Numbered from the stretch's first letter, positions 50,801 through 60,301 are shown. The stretch: DNA of 64,000 bases from Burkholderiales bacterium (GCA_016185015.1 JACPOI010000004.1:29778-93777), one strand, 5' to 3'. Notes: generated by a model not told the origin, from the letters alone. A program made the numbers and translations.

Positions 50801-51262
50801 TTAAATGTAGATTTTTTTCAACAGCTGAATGAGCATTTTCCGCTCGGCGACGCTCAGCCGGGCGGTGGTGGCCTCCTCCAGTTCGGAAGCCGTCACCTCG
50901 CCCTGTTTCACCATCTTCTTGCCGGCGGCCGTCAGGTGCAGGCCCATGGCGCGGCCGTCATGCGGGTGGGGCCGGCGCGTGATGAGCTCGCGTCTTTGCA
51001 GCTGGTTGATCATGCCCACCAGGTTGGGGGGCTGGATGTTGAGCGTGGTGCAGAGCTGGCGCGAGGTGATGCCCGGGTTGTGCGCGATCAGCGACAGCAC
51101 GGAGAAGTCGACCGGGCGCAGGCCATAGACCGCCATATTGCGCAGGAAGGCATCGACGATGACCAGGGTGGCGCGGCGGGCGTTGTAGCCGACCAGGCTT
51201 TCCAGGTAGCTGGTGTCGACCTGTTCGATGGCGGTGTCGGGGCTGGGTTTGCGAGTGGCCAT
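50801..51262 (-). CDS. MarR-family transcriptional regulator (last gene of the hydroxycinnamate-type operon)
   Basis: The ATG at 51260-51262 gives MATRKPSPDTAIEQVDTSYLESLVGYNARRA...LSLIAHNPGITSRQLCTTLNIQPPNLVGMINQLQRRELITRRPHPHDGRAMGLHLT. The 566-aa track ORF is an over-extension. Confidence 0.85.
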   Translation of the reverse strand: MATRKPSPDTAIEQVDTSYLESLVGYNARRATLVIVDAFLRNMAVYGLRPVDFSVLSLIAHNPGITSRQLCTTLNIQPPNLVGMINQLQRRELITRRPHPHDGRAMGLHLTAAGKKMVKQGEVTASELEEATTARLSVAERKMLIQLLKKIYI

Positions 51263-51276
51263 GGTGGGGTGTTGGT

Positions 51277-52971
51277 TCAGGCGGCCGCCGGTACCGGGGC
51301 GGCGGTTTCGGTGTGCGCCAGTTGCTGTTCGATGATCTGCAGATGCATGGCGAAGGCGGGCAGCACCCAGGTCTGCAGGGCGCGCGCCGGGGCCAACCAG
51401 TGCGCCTGCTTGCTGGTGATGCGTGCACCGGCCCAGCCCAGCAGGGCCAGGGCCAGGGCCTGCAGGAAGTCGTCGGCGACCCAGTAGGCCAGGTCGGCGC
51501 GGTAGCTCGTGGCCTGGGCCAGGCGCACGGCCAGCCGGCGCAGGGCGTCGAAACGCTGTTGCACCTCCAGGGGCAAGGTGTCCTCGGTGGCCAGTTGATC
51601 GAACAGCGCGCCCAGCGCGCCGCCGCCATCGGGCAGCACCTTGCGCAGCAGCAGGTCGATGGCCTGGATCTCGTTGGTGCCCTCGTAGATCATGGTCACA
51701 CGCGCATCGCGCACGATCTGCTCGATGCCCCATTCGCGCACATAACCGTGGCCGCCGAAGACCTGCAGGCAGGCACTGGCGCCGTGGAAGCCCTGGGCCG
51801 TCCAGGCGGCCTTGAGTACGGGCGTGACCAGGCTGCACCAGCGCTGCGCGGCGTCGCGCCGGCCTGCATCGGCGTGGTGCTTGGCGATATCCAGCTCGAT
51901 GGCCGTACGGTAGGCCAGCAGGCGGCCGCCATCGATCCAGGCGCGCTGGGTCGTGAGGATACGCTGGATCGCGGGGTGGTCCTCGATCAGGCTGGTCTGC
52001 GTGGCGCCGGGTGCGCGCATCTGGCGCCGCTCCTGTGCGTAGGCGCTGGCTTTTTGCCAGGCGGCTTCCAGCAGGCCGATGCCCTGCAGGCCCACGTGCA
52101 GGCGGGCCGCGTTCATCATGACGAACATGGCGTTGAGGCCGCGGTGCGGTTCGCCCACGAGCCAGCCCGTCGCGTCCTCGAAACGCATCACGCAGGTCGG
52201 GCTGCCGTGCAGGCCCATCTTTTCCTCGATGCGCTCGCAGAACACGCCGTTGCGTGAGCCATCGGGCAGCACCTTGGGTGCGAGGAAGAGCGAGAGGCCC
52301 TTGGGGCCGGGCGCCGCATCGGGCAGGCGCGCCAGCACCAAGTGCACGATGTTGTCGCTGAGGTCGTGCTCGCCGCCGGAGATGAAGATCTTGCTGCCGG
52401 AAATCAGGTAGCTGCCATCGGTCTGCGGCACGGCTTTCGTGCGCACCAGGCCCAGATCGCTGCCGGCCTGCGGCTCGGTCAGGCACATGGTGGCCAGCCA
52501 CTCGCCGGTGGCGATCTTCTCCAGGTAACGCGCCTTGAGTTCATCGTTGCCGTGGTGCTTGAGGCATTCATAGGCGCCATGCAGCAGACCGGGTGCCATG
52601 GTCCAGCCATGGTTGGCCGCGCTCAGCATCTCGTAGAGCACGGCCTCCAGCACGGCGGGCAGGCCCTGGCCGCCGTCCTCGGGGGCACAGGCCAGCGCGG
52701 GCCAGCCGCCCTGCCAGAAGGCCTGGTAGGCGGCACGAAAGCCTGGCGGCATGGTGACGCGACCGGTTTCGAACTGCGCACCGGTCTCGTCACCCACGCG
52801 TTGCAGCGGGGCGATCTCGCTGGCGACGAACTTGCCGGCTTCCTCCAGCACCTGCTGCATCAATGCCGCATCGACTTCAGCGTAGGGGGGCAGGGCCTGC
52901 AGCTGTGCGGGCGCATCGAGCACCCCCATCAACAGCTGGTGAATATCTTCGAGTCGGGGCTGGTAATCCAT
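51277..52971 (-). CDS. acyl-CoA dehydrogenase (paralogue class of 39836-41620)
   Basis: 564 aa: WLATMCLTEPQAGSDLGLVRTKAVPQTDGSYLISGSKIFISGGEHD...QVFGGHGYVREWGIEQIVRDARVTMIYEGTN. Confidence 0.88.
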   Translation of the reverse strand: MDYQPRLEDIHQLLMGVLDAPAQLQALPPYAEVDAALMQQVLEEAGKFVASEIAPLQRVGDETGAQFETGRVTMPPGFRAAYQAFWQGGWPALACAPEDGGQGLPAVLEAVLYEMLSAANHGWTMAPGLLHGAYECLKHHGNDELKARYLEKIATGEWLATMCLTEPQAGSDLGLVRTKAVPQTDGSYLISGSKIFISGGEHDLSDNIVHLVLARLPDAAPGPKGLSLFLAPKVLPDGSRNGVFCERIEEKMGLHGSPTCVMRFEDATGWLVGEPHRGLNAMFVMMNAARLHVGLQGIGLLEAAWQKASAYAQERRQMRAPGATQTSLIEDHPAIQRILTTQRAWIDGGRLLAYRTAIELDIAKHHADAGRRDAAQRWCSLVTPVLKAAWTAQGFHGASACLQVFGGHGYVREWGIEQIVRDARVTMIYEGTNEIQAIDLLLRKVLPDGGGALGALFDQLATEDTLPLEVQQRFDALRRLAVRLAQATSYRADLAYWVADDFLQALALALLGWAGARITSKQAHWLAPARALQTWVLPAFAMHLQIIEQQLAHTETAAPVPAAA

Positions 52972-52979
52972 GGGCTAAC

Positions 52980-54695
52980 TTATTGACAAATGAAACTGCT
53001 GGCGTCTTCCAGCGAACCCTGGCCCCTGTAGCGCGCCACAGCCGGGTAGGCGCACAGGGGACGGCTGCGCGTGGCAGACCAGTCGGCGGGCAGTTCGGTA
53101 TTGACGCCGCCCGCATGGCCTGCGCCGCGCGCCGTGGCCAGCACGGCTTGAGGTGCCACACCCTGTTCCACCCACTGCACCAGCGGGCCCAGCAGGTCGA
53201 ACTGGTCAGCGGCCGGGCCGCCGCTGCAATGGTTCATGCCGGGCACGGGGAAGTAGCGCGCGAAGTCGTCGGCCGGACCGCCCAGGGCCTTGCCCAGCGC
53301 GTCGATCCAGCGCCGGGTGTCCTCGGCCGAGAAGACCGCGTCACTCACGCCGTGGTAGAGCAGCATCTTGGCGCCGCGCGCGCGCAGCGGGGCCAGGTTG
53401 CCGGGCTGTTCATGGCCGGGCGGTGTCATGAGGGACAGGCCCGATTCCTTGTAGGTGGTGTCGGTGGTATTGAACAGCGCCAGGCGCGCGCCCAGGTCTT
53501 CCTTGAGCGCATCGACCCGGCCCGGCGGCACGCTGAACACCGTGCCCACCGACAGCGGGTCCAGCGCCAGCGAGTTCACGAACTTCCAGGTGCCCCAGTT
53601 GGCGCCGACCAAACCGCTGTCATAGGGGAAGGGCGCATACAGGGGCTGGCCGCTGTTGCTGCGCGCACCGCTGAAGAGGGCGCCGAGCACCTGCTTCTGC
53701 GCCGTGCTGAGGCACTGGCCATTGCGCTCGCCGCTGCAACTGGGCACATCGGTCTGCAGATTGAAGCGGGCCTGGCAGGCTTGCACGTCCTGCACCAAAC
53801 CGTCGCGTGCGCCGTCCAGGGCATCGCACTGGGCCAGGATGGCCTGGGCCACGGTCTGGCGTTCCTGCGGGGTGAAGGCGCTGCTCAGGTCGGGGATGCG
53901 CCCCTGTGGCGCGAGGGGGTGGGGCGCGGTAGCGCCCGGCGTGGCCAGGGTGCTGAACTGCTGGGCGCCCCAGAGCTGGGCCAATGCGGCATTGGGCAGG
54001 CGGTAGCCCGGTGCGCCGATGAGGTAACCGTCGTACTGTTCGCCCAGACGCGCAGCGGTCACCATGGCGTGGCGCCCGCCGTTGGAGCAGCCGCCGATGT
54101 AGGAACGGTCCGGCCCCTTGCCGTAGGCCGTGCGGATCAGCTCCTTGGCCATGGGCGTGAGCTTGGCCACGGCCTGGTAGCCGTAGTCCAGCCGCGCCTG
54201 GGGTTCCAGGCCGAAGACCGTGGTCTGTGCGCCGGTGTGGCCGGCGTCGGAACTGATGACGGCAAAACCCTGGGCCAGGGCGCCGGTCAGCGGCCCGCCG
54301 CCCAATGCACCGAGCGCGGGCTGCACGTTGCCGTCCAGCCCGCCATTGCCCTGGTAATAAAAACGGCCGTTCCAGGACTGCGGCAGGCGCATCTCGAAGC
54401 CGATGGCGTAGTCGCGCCCGTCGCTGCCCTTGCGCTTGTGCATGCTGCCCTTGACCAGGCAGTGGGCCGGCATGGCTTGTGCGCCCTGCTTGAGCCCACC
54501 CTCTGCAATGGCGGTCACCGCATCGATCTGCGTCTGCTCATGGCGGAAGCCGGTCAGCAGTCCTTCGCAGGTCTGCAGCGGGGCAGCGCGGCTGGCGCCC
54601 AGCACCGGCGGCGTGGCGGGTGGGCTCGTGCTGCAGGCAGCCAGCAGCACGGCGGTTGGCACGAGCAGCAGGAGGGGGCGGGAGCGATGCTTCAT
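52980..54695 (-). CDS. tannase/feruloyl-esterase family alpha/beta hydrolase (lipoprotein signal)
   Basis: 571 aa. It has the lipobox LLAAC and the nucleophile block SYIGGCSNGGRHAMV, with Cys-rich lid segments typical of the tannase/feruloyl esterase family. Confidence 0.85.
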   Translation of the reverse strand: MKHRSRPLLLLVPTAVLLAACSTSPPATPPVLGASRAAPLQTCEGLLTGFRHEQTQIDAVTAIAEGGLKQGAQAMPAHCLVKGSMHKRKGSDGRDYAIGFEMRLPQSWNGRFYYQGNGGLDGNVQPALGALGGGPLTGALAQGFAVISSDAGHTGAQTTVFGLEPQARLDYGYQAVAKLTPMAKELIRTAYGKGPDRSYIGGCSNGGRHAMVTAARLGEQYDGYLIGAPGYRLPNAALAQLWGAQQFSTLATPGATAPHPLAPQGRIPDLSSAFTPQERQTVAQAILAQCDALDGARDGLVQDVQACQARFNLQTDVPSCSGERNGQCLSTAQKQVLGALFSGARSNSGQPLYAPFPYDSGLVGANWGTWKFVNSLALDPLSVGTVFSVPPGRVDALKEDLGARLALFNTTDTTYKESGLSLMTPPGHEQPGNLAPLRARGAKMLLYHGVSDAVFSAEDTRRWIDALGKALGGPADDFARYFPVPGMNHCSGGPAADQFDLLGPLVQWVEQGVAPQAVLATARGAGHAGGVNTELPADWSATRSRPLCAYPAVARYRGQGSLEDASSFICQ

Positions 54696-54789
54696 GGGAC
54701 ACCTCCAGAAGTTCAGGGTTCAAGGCACAGGCAGCCTGTCCCGCCGGTGGGTGGGAGAAGCTGGTTGACGCGGACGCCGCAGCGGGCAA

Positions 54790-54811
54790 CCGGGCCGCGC
54801 GTGCGGCCCGG
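54790..54811 (-). other. GC-rich intra-operon hairpin between the tctC-like gene and the esterase gene
   Basis: CCGGGCCGC-(4 nt)-GCGGCCCGG is a 9-bp stem. Only two U residues follow on the transcribed strand, so it is not a canonical terminator. Confidence 0.3.
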
Positions 54812-54817
54812 TCCTCA

Positions 54818-55807
54818 TCAGGACTCGGACGTGAAGCCGATCTGCTTGACCAGCGGTCCCCAGCGCTCGTACTCGGCCTTCTGGTCCGCGGCCATGGCCT
54901 GCGGCGTGCTGGGAAAAGCGACCAGGCCGACGAGCGCCAGCGCATCGACCACCGACTTGTCCTTCAGCGCCTGGGTGATGGCGGCGTTGGCCGCAGCGAT
55001 GGTGGCGGCCGGCGTCTTGGCGGGTGCGTAGAAGCCGAACCATTCTTCCGAGGTGATGTCCGGGTAGCCGAGTTCCGTGAAGGTCGGGACATCCGGCAGG
55101 TAAGGCGAGCGCTTGCGGCCCGAGGTGGCCAGCACGCGTACGCGGCCGGTCTTCATGTGCTGCAGGTAGTCGCCGCTCGGGTTCATCGCTGCGGCGATCT
55201 GGCCGCCGACCAGGTCGGTGATGCTGGGGACCGTGCCGCGGTAGGGTACGTGCTTGAGTTCCACGCCGGCGCGCATGCCCAGCAGGGCGCCCAGCAGGTG
55301 GGGCATGGAGCCGGCGCCCGGCGAACCGTAGTTGGCCTGCGTGGGATTGGCCTTGGCCCAGGCGAGGAAGTCCTTCAGTGTCTTGACTTCAGCCGGCACC
55401 GCCGGCCCGACGGCCAGGCCGTGGAACATGATGGCGCCGATCGACACCGGGGTCACGTCCTCCGGCTTGTAGGCCAGCTTGGGATAAATGTGGGGATACA
55501 CGGACAGGGCGGACACCGGCGCCAGGGCCAGGACCGAGCCGTCGGCGGGCGAGTTCTTCAGGGTCTCGACGGCGATGCGGCCACCGGCGCCCGGCTTGTT
55601 TTCCACAAAACCGGGGAGCTTGCTGTAGGGCGTGCCACCGATCTTCTCGGCAACGCGGCGTGCCACGCTGTCACCCGCGCTGCCGGCGGGGAAGCCGTAG
55701 AAGATCTTGACCTGGTCCAGCGCCTGCGCGAAGGCGGCGTGGGGCGCGAGGGCGCCGAGTGCGGCAGCACCGGCGGTGGCTTGAACGAAGAGTCGACGTT
55801 GCATCAT
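54818..55807 (-). CDS. Bug-family (TctC-like) tripartite tricarboxylate transporter substrate-binding protein
   Basis: The ATGATG at 55802-55807 is preceded by AGGAG. It reads MMQRRLFVQATAGAAALGALAPHAAFA (Tat/Sec signal), then VENKPGAGGRIAVE and NYGSPGAGSMPHL. Confidence 0.88.
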   Translation of the reverse strand: MMQRRLFVQATAGAAALGALAPHAAFAQALDQVKIFYGFPAGSAGDSVARRVAEKIGGTPYSKLPGFVENKPGAGGRIAVETLKNSPADGSVLALAPVSALSVYPHIYPKLAYKPEDVTPVSIGAIMFHGLAVGPAVPAEVKTLKDFLAWAKANPTQANYGSPGAGSMPHLLGALLGMRAGVELKHVPYRGTVPSITDLVGGQIAAAMNPSGDYLQHMKTGRVRVLATSGRKRSPYLPDVPTFTELGYPDITSEEWFGFYAPAKTPAATIAAANAAITQALKDKSVVDALALVGLVAFPSTPQAMAADQKAEYERWGPLVKQIGFTSES

Positions 55808-55860
55808 GGTTTGTCTCCTGTGCAGTGGTTGGTGGTGGGAACGGGAACGAAATACTGGTT

Positions 55861-56625
55861 TCAGCGCGGCGCCATGCGCAGCGCGCCATCGAGGCGGATC
55901 ACCTCGCCATTGAGGTGGCCGTTGGTCACGATGTGGGCGGCCAGCTGGGCAAATTCTTCGGGATGGCCCAGACGCTTGGGAAAGGGGATGGAAGCCGCCA
56001 GGCTGGCCTGGACCTCCTCGGGCAGTTCCTTCATCAGCGGCGTGGCAAACAGGCCGGGCGCCACGGTGCAGACGCGGATGCCGTGCTGGGCCAGGTCGCG
56101 TGCCATGGGCAGGGTCATGCCGACCAGGCCGCCCTTGGACGCGCTGTAGGCCTGCTGGCCGACCTGGCCGTCGAAGGCCGCGACCGAGGCCGTGAACATC
56201 ATCACGCCGCGTTCGCCGTCCTCCAGCGGTGGCAAGGCCACGCAGGCGGCCGCGAACAGGCGGCTGATGTTGTAGCTGCCGACCAGGTTGACGTTGATCA
56301 CGCGCGTGAAGTCTTCCAGCGGTGCGGGCTTGCCGTCCTTGCCGACGATGCGCTTGGCGCTGCCGATGCCGGCGATGTTCATGAGGATGCGCGCCGGGCC
56401 GTGGGCCGCGGCGGCCTTGGCCAGCGCGGCGGTGATGCTGTCGGTGTTCGTGATGTCGCACTGGCAGGCGATACCGCCGATCTCGGCGGCGACCTTTTCG
56501 GCCAGCGCCGCATTGACGTCGAGCACGGCGACCTTGGCGCCCAGGCGCGCCAGTTCACGCGCCGTGGCTTCGCCCAGACCGGAGGCGGCGCCGGTCACGA
56601 GAGCTGCTTGTCCTTGAATTTTCAT
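55861..56625 (-). CDS. SDR-family 3-hydroxyacyl-CoA dehydrogenase (HSD17B10 / type II HADH-like)
   Basis: 254 aa: ALVTGAASGLGEATA...NIAGIG...FTASVAAFDGQVGQQAYSASKGGLVGMTLPMARDLA. Confidence 0.85.
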   Translation of the reverse strand: MKIQGQAALVTGAASGLGEATARELARLGAKVAVLDVNAALAEKVAAEIGGIACQCDITNTDSITAALAKAAAAHGPARILMNIAGIGSAKRIVGKDGKPAPLEDFTRVINVNLVGSYNISRLFAAACVALPPLEDGERGVMMFTASVAAFDGQVGQQAYSASKGGLVGMTLPMARDLAQHGIRVCTVAPGLFATPLMKELPEEVQASLAASIPFPKRLGHPEEFAQLAAHIVTNGHLNGEVIRLDGALRMAPR

Positions 56626-56635
56626 GGGCGTGTCC

Positions 56636-58507
56636 TCAGGCTTGCGGTTTGATGATGCCCGGCGCGCTGTCGTCGTGCAGGGCCTGGACCAGGGCGTCGC
56701 GGTGCTTGAGCACAGCGCGCTGGTTGATGGAGCCCTTGTCGGTGACCTCGCCCTTGTCGATGGAAGGCGGCTCGGCCAGCAGCAGCGCCCGCGCGATGCG
56801 GTTGGCGCTGCCGGTGGCTTCGCGCGCCAGCTGGTTGATCACGGCCTGCAGGCGCTGGCGCACCGGCTCGCTGGCCAGCACGGCTTCCCACGGCGCATCG
56901 GCGCCCAGGCCGCTGACGCCGCGGCAGGCGGGTGAGGGGAAGATCAGCGCGCCGACTTCCTTCATGTTCAGGCCCGTAAGCACCACGTCCTGCACATAGG
57001 GCGCACCGGTCACGATGACCTTGGCGCGCATCGGCCCCACGCTCACGAAGGTGCCGGTGGAGAGCTTGAAGTCCTCGGCAATGCGGCCGTCGAACTTCAG
57101 GCCGCGGTGCACATCCTGGGGGTCGATCCACTGCACGGCGTCGCCGGTGCACAGATACCCTTCCTCGTCGAAGGCGTCGCGCGTGGCCTGCTCGGAGCGC
57201 CAGTAGCCTGGCGTCACGTTGGGGCCGCGGTAGCGCACCTCGGTCTTGCCGTCCACGTCAATCAGCTTGAGCGTCATGCCGGGCACGGGGGTGCCGATGT
57301 CGCCGGCCTTCACGTTGGGGCTGTTGGTGAACATGGCCGAGGGGGCGGACTCGGTCATGCCCAGGCCGGTGGCCATGACGATGCGCTCGCCCACTTCGGC
57401 CTCGGCCGTCTGGTGCAGGCTGTCCCACACGGGCTGGGCCAGGCCGGCACCCGAATAGAAGAACATGCGCAGACGCGAGAGCAGATTGCGGCGCAGCTCG
57501 GCATCGGTCTTCATGGCCTGGGCGATCATCTCGAAGCCGGTGGGCACGTTGAAGTAGAGCGTGGGGGCAATCTCGCGCAGGTTGCGCAGCGTTTCGGCGA
57601 TCAGCGCGGCGGTGGGCTTGCCGTCGTCGATGTAGAGCGTGCCGCCATGCATCAGCGTCAGGCCCACGTTGTGGTTGCCGCCGAACGTGTGGTTCCAGGG
57701 CAGCCAGTCCACGAAGACGGGCGGCGCTTCGGCGATGACCGGCATGGACAGGGTGATCTGCTGCAGGTTGGCGCACCACATGCGATGGGTGTTGATCACC
57801 GGCTTGGGCATCTTGGTCGAGCCCGAGGTGAACAGGAACTTGGCGATGGTGTCCGGACGCACGGCGTGCATGGCGTCGTCCACGGCCGCCGTGGGTGTGG
57901 TGTTGCGCAGTGCCTCGAAAGAGGTGGTCGCACGACCCTCCACGGTGCCCTGGGCCAGCACCACTTCGACATCGGCACCCACGGTGGCGGCAATGGCACG
58001 GCCATAACGTGCGCCGTCGGCGGCGAACACCAGGCCCGGCGTCAGTGTGGTGAGCACATGCTTGAGCTTGTCGTAATCCTGGCTGATCGTGGCATAGGCC
58101 GGCGAGACCGGGCAGTAGGGCACGCCGGCATAGATGCAGCCCAGCGACATCAGCGCGTGCTCCAGCGTGTTCTCGCTCAGGATCACCACGGGGCGCTCGG
58201 CGCTGAGCTTGCGGTCCAGCAGGGCCTGGCCGATGCGGCGTGCGCTGTCCAGGGCCTGGGCATAGCTGATGCGCTGCCAGTCGCCGGTGCGGCCCTCGCC
58301 CAGCTGGGCCCGGCGGGCCATGAAGGTGCGCTCGGGCTCGGCTTCAGCCCAGTGCACCAGGAAGTCGCTCAGGCGGCGGGCGTAGGCACCCAGCGGCAGT
58401 TCGGCTTGCACATAACGCGTGCCGGGCGCGCCTTCGCGCACCTGGACACGGGTCACGCCGAAAGGCACGGGGCGGTAGCGCGGGGTGGTCTTGGTCGTCT
58501 CGCTCAT
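56636..58507 (-). CDS. fcs: feruloyl-CoA synthase-type acyl-CoA synthetase (AMP-forming, ~620-aa class)
   Basis: 623 aa. The N-terminal organisation RYRPVPFGV...HWAEAEPERTFMARR...VVILSENTLEHALMSLGCIYAGVPYCPVSPAYATISQDYDKLKHVL matches the Pseudomonas-type Fcs as I remember it. It has the AMP motif FTSGSTKMPK. Confidence 0.75.
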   Translation of the reverse strand: MSETTKTTPRYRPVPFGVTRVQVREGAPGTRYVQAELPLGAYARRLSDFLVHWAEAEPERTFMARRAQLGEGRTGDWQRISYAQALDSARRIGQALLDRKLSAERPVVILSENTLEHALMSLGCIYAGVPYCPVSPAYATISQDYDKLKHVLTTLTPGLVFAADGARYGRAIAATVGADVEVVLAQGTVEGRATTSFEALRNTTPTAAVDDAMHAVRPDTIAKFLFTSGSTKMPKPVINTHRMWCANLQQITLSMPVIAEAPPVFVDWLPWNHTFGGNHNVGLTLMHGGTLYIDDGKPTAALIAETLRNLREIAPTLYFNVPTGFEMIAQAMKTDAELRRNLLSRLRMFFYSGAGLAQPVWDSLHQTAEAEVGERIVMATGLGMTESAPSAMFTNSPNVKAGDIGTPVPGMTLKLIDVDGKTEVRYRGPNVTPGYWRSEQATRDAFDEEGYLCTGDAVQWIDPQDVHRGLKFDGRIAEDFKLSTGTFVSVGPMRAKVIVTGAPYVQDVVLTGLNMKEVGALIFPSPACRGVSGLGADAPWEAVLASEPVRQRLQAVINQLAREATGSANRIARALLLAEPPSIDKGEVTDKGSINQRAVLKHRDALVQALHDDSAPGIIKPQA

Positions 58508-58532
58508 GGGTCGTTTCGTGTCGGAGAAGATG

Positions 58533-59315
58533 TCAGCCCTTGCTGACCTTGGCGGCCTTGCCGTCGAGGAAAGCGCGCACGCGTTGTTTGGCTTCGGGGG
58601 CGCTTTGGGCGATGGCAGCCATCATGGCCTCGGTCAGGAAACCCTGGTCGGCCGGCTGCTCGGCGATGCGCGGCAGGGCGTGGATCAGGGCGTAGTTGGT
58701 CAGCGGGGCGTTTTGCGCCACGCGCACGGCCAGCTCGTAGGCCTTGTCGAAGGCGCTGCCCTGCGGTACCAGGTACTGCGCCATGCCGATCTTTTCGCCG
58801 TCTTGCGCGTTGTAGACGCGGCCGGTCAACATCATGTCGGCCATGCGCGAGGCGCCGATCAGGCGCGGGATGCGCACCGCACCGCCGCCGCCCACGAAGA
58901 TGCCACGCGATCCTTCGGGCAGGGCGTAGAAGGTGGTTTCGTCGGCCACGCGGATGTGGCAGGCGCTGGCCAGTTCCAGGCCGCCGCCGACCACGGCACC
59001 GTGCAGCGCGGCGATCACCGGCACCGGGCCGTATTGCACGCGTTCCAGTGCGGCGTGCCACATGCGGGAATGGTGCAAGCCCTGGCCGGCGTCGCGTTCT
59101 TTCAGCTCGCTCAGGTCCAGGCCGGCGCAGAAATGGTCGCCCTCGCCGTCGATGACGGCGGCGCGCACGCCTTCGGGCATGTTTTCAAACAGGTCGCGAA
59201 TGGCCAGAATGAGGGCGTCGTTGAGCGCGTTGCGCTTGGCCGGGCGCGTCAGGCGGATGACGGCAACTTCCTGCTGCTCGCCACGCCGTTCGAAATGGAT
59301 GTCGGGGTTCTTCAT
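58533..59315 (-). CDS. crotonase-family enoyl-CoA hydratase (not the hydratase/lyase HCHL type)
   Basis: The ATG at 59313-59315 gives MKNPDIHFERRGEQQEVAVIRLTRPAKRNALND...GDHFCAGLDL...ALHGAVVGGGLELASACHIRVA. Confidence 0.88.
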   Translation of the reverse strand: MKNPDIHFERRGEQQEVAVIRLTRPAKRNALNDALILAIRDLFENMPEGVRAAVIDGEGDHFCAGLDLSELKERDAGQGLHHSRMWHAALERVQYGPVPVIAALHGAVVGGGLELASACHIRVADETTFYALPEGSRGIFVGGGGAVRIPRLIGASRMADMMLTGRVYNAQDGEKIGMAQYLVPQGSAFDKAYELAVRVAQNAPLTNYALIHALPRIAEQPADQGFLTEAMMAAIAQSAPEAKQRVRAFLDGKAAKVSKG

Positions 59316-59342
59316 ATTGCGTTTCTTTCTGGAATCGATTAT

Positions 59343-59359
59343 GGTTATGAAATATAACC
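59343..59359. promoter_or_regulatory. candidate MarR-type operator GGTTAT-GAAAT-ATAACC in the divergent promoter region
   Basis: Perfect 6-bp arms (7/8 when extended) lie in an AT-rich island. It sits 28 nt upstream of the hydratase ATG and 79 nt upstream of the amidohydrolase ATG. Confidence 0.35.
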
Positions 59360-59437
59360 AATTCAAGCAAACCTTGTTCGGTTTTTCTCGGTGTTTACCC
59401 TAGGGTGTCGACAGGCATCCGCAGCCAGGAGACGGTC

Positions 59438-60301
59438 ATGGACCACAAGAACCTCATCGCCATCGATGTCCATACGCACGCTGAAGTCAGCTGCTGGAAC
59501 CCCTTCGACAACTACGGCGAGGAATACGACCGCGCGGCGGACAAGTACTTCCGCTCCAACCGCCGCCCGACCATCGCCGAAACCATCGCCTATTACCGCG
59601 AGCGCAAGATCGGCCTGGTGATGTTCACGGTGGACAGCGAGTCCCAGCTGGGCCGCCGCCGCATCCCCAACGAGGAGATCGCCGAGGCGGCCAAGGCCAA
59701 CAGCGACATGATGATGGCCTTCGCCAGCATCGACCCGCACAAGGGCAAGATGGGCGCACGCGAGGCGCGCCGCCTGATCGAGGAACACGGCATCAAGGGT
59801 TTCAAGTTCCACCCCACGGTGCAGGGCTACCACCCCTACGACAAGATGGCCTGGCCGATCTACGAGGTGATCGCCGAGCACAAGATGCCGGCCATCTTCC
59901 ACACCGGGCACAGCGGCATCGGCAGCGGCATGCGCTGCGGCGGCGGCCTGCGCCTGGAGTACAGCAACCCCATGCACCTGGACGACGTGGCGATTGCCTT
60001 CCCCGACATGCAGATCGTCATGGCCCATCCGAGCTTCCCCTGGCAGGATGAGGCGCTCTCCGTGGCGACGCACAAGCCCAACGTCTGGATCGACCTGTCG
60101 GGCTGGAGCCCCAAGTACTTTCCGAAGCAGCTCGTGCAGTACGCCAACACCCTGCTCAAGGACCGCATCCTCTTCGGTTCGGACTATCCGCTGATCACAC
60201 CCGAGCGCTGGATGAAGGACTTCGAGGAGGCCGGCTTCAAGCCGGAGGTGATGCCCGGCATCCTCAAGGACAACGCGGTACGTCTGCTGGGTCTGGCCTG
60301 A
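59438..60301 (+). CDS. amidohydrolase-2 (ACMSD-like metal-dependent hydrolase/decarboxylase) family protein
   Basis: The ATG at 59438 is preceded by AGGAGA. It reads MDHKNLIAIDVHTHAEV...GFKFHP...IFHTGHSG...VMAHPSFPW...ILFGSDYP. Confidence 0.85.
   Translation: MDHKNLIAIDVHTHAEVSCWNPFDNYGEEYDRAADKYFRSNRRPTIAETIAYYRERKIGLVMFTVDSESQLGRRRIPNEEIAEAAKANSDMMMAFASIDPHKGKMGAREARRLIEEHGIKGFKFHPTVQGYHPYDKMAWPIYEVIAEHKMPAIFHTGHSGIGSGMRCGGGLRLEYSNPMHLDDVAIAFPDMQIVMAHPSFPWQDEALSVATHKPNVWIDLSGWSPKYFPKQLVQYANTLLKDRILFGSDYPLITPERWMKDFEEAGFKPEVMPGILKDNAVRLLGLA

Noticed and set aside
50801-52501. A 566-aa ORF in the MarR frame.
   Set aside because: Only the last 153 codons (the MarR gene, from the ATG at 51262) have a recognisable fold. 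The remainder is a shadow frame of the acyl-CoA dehydrogenase gene.
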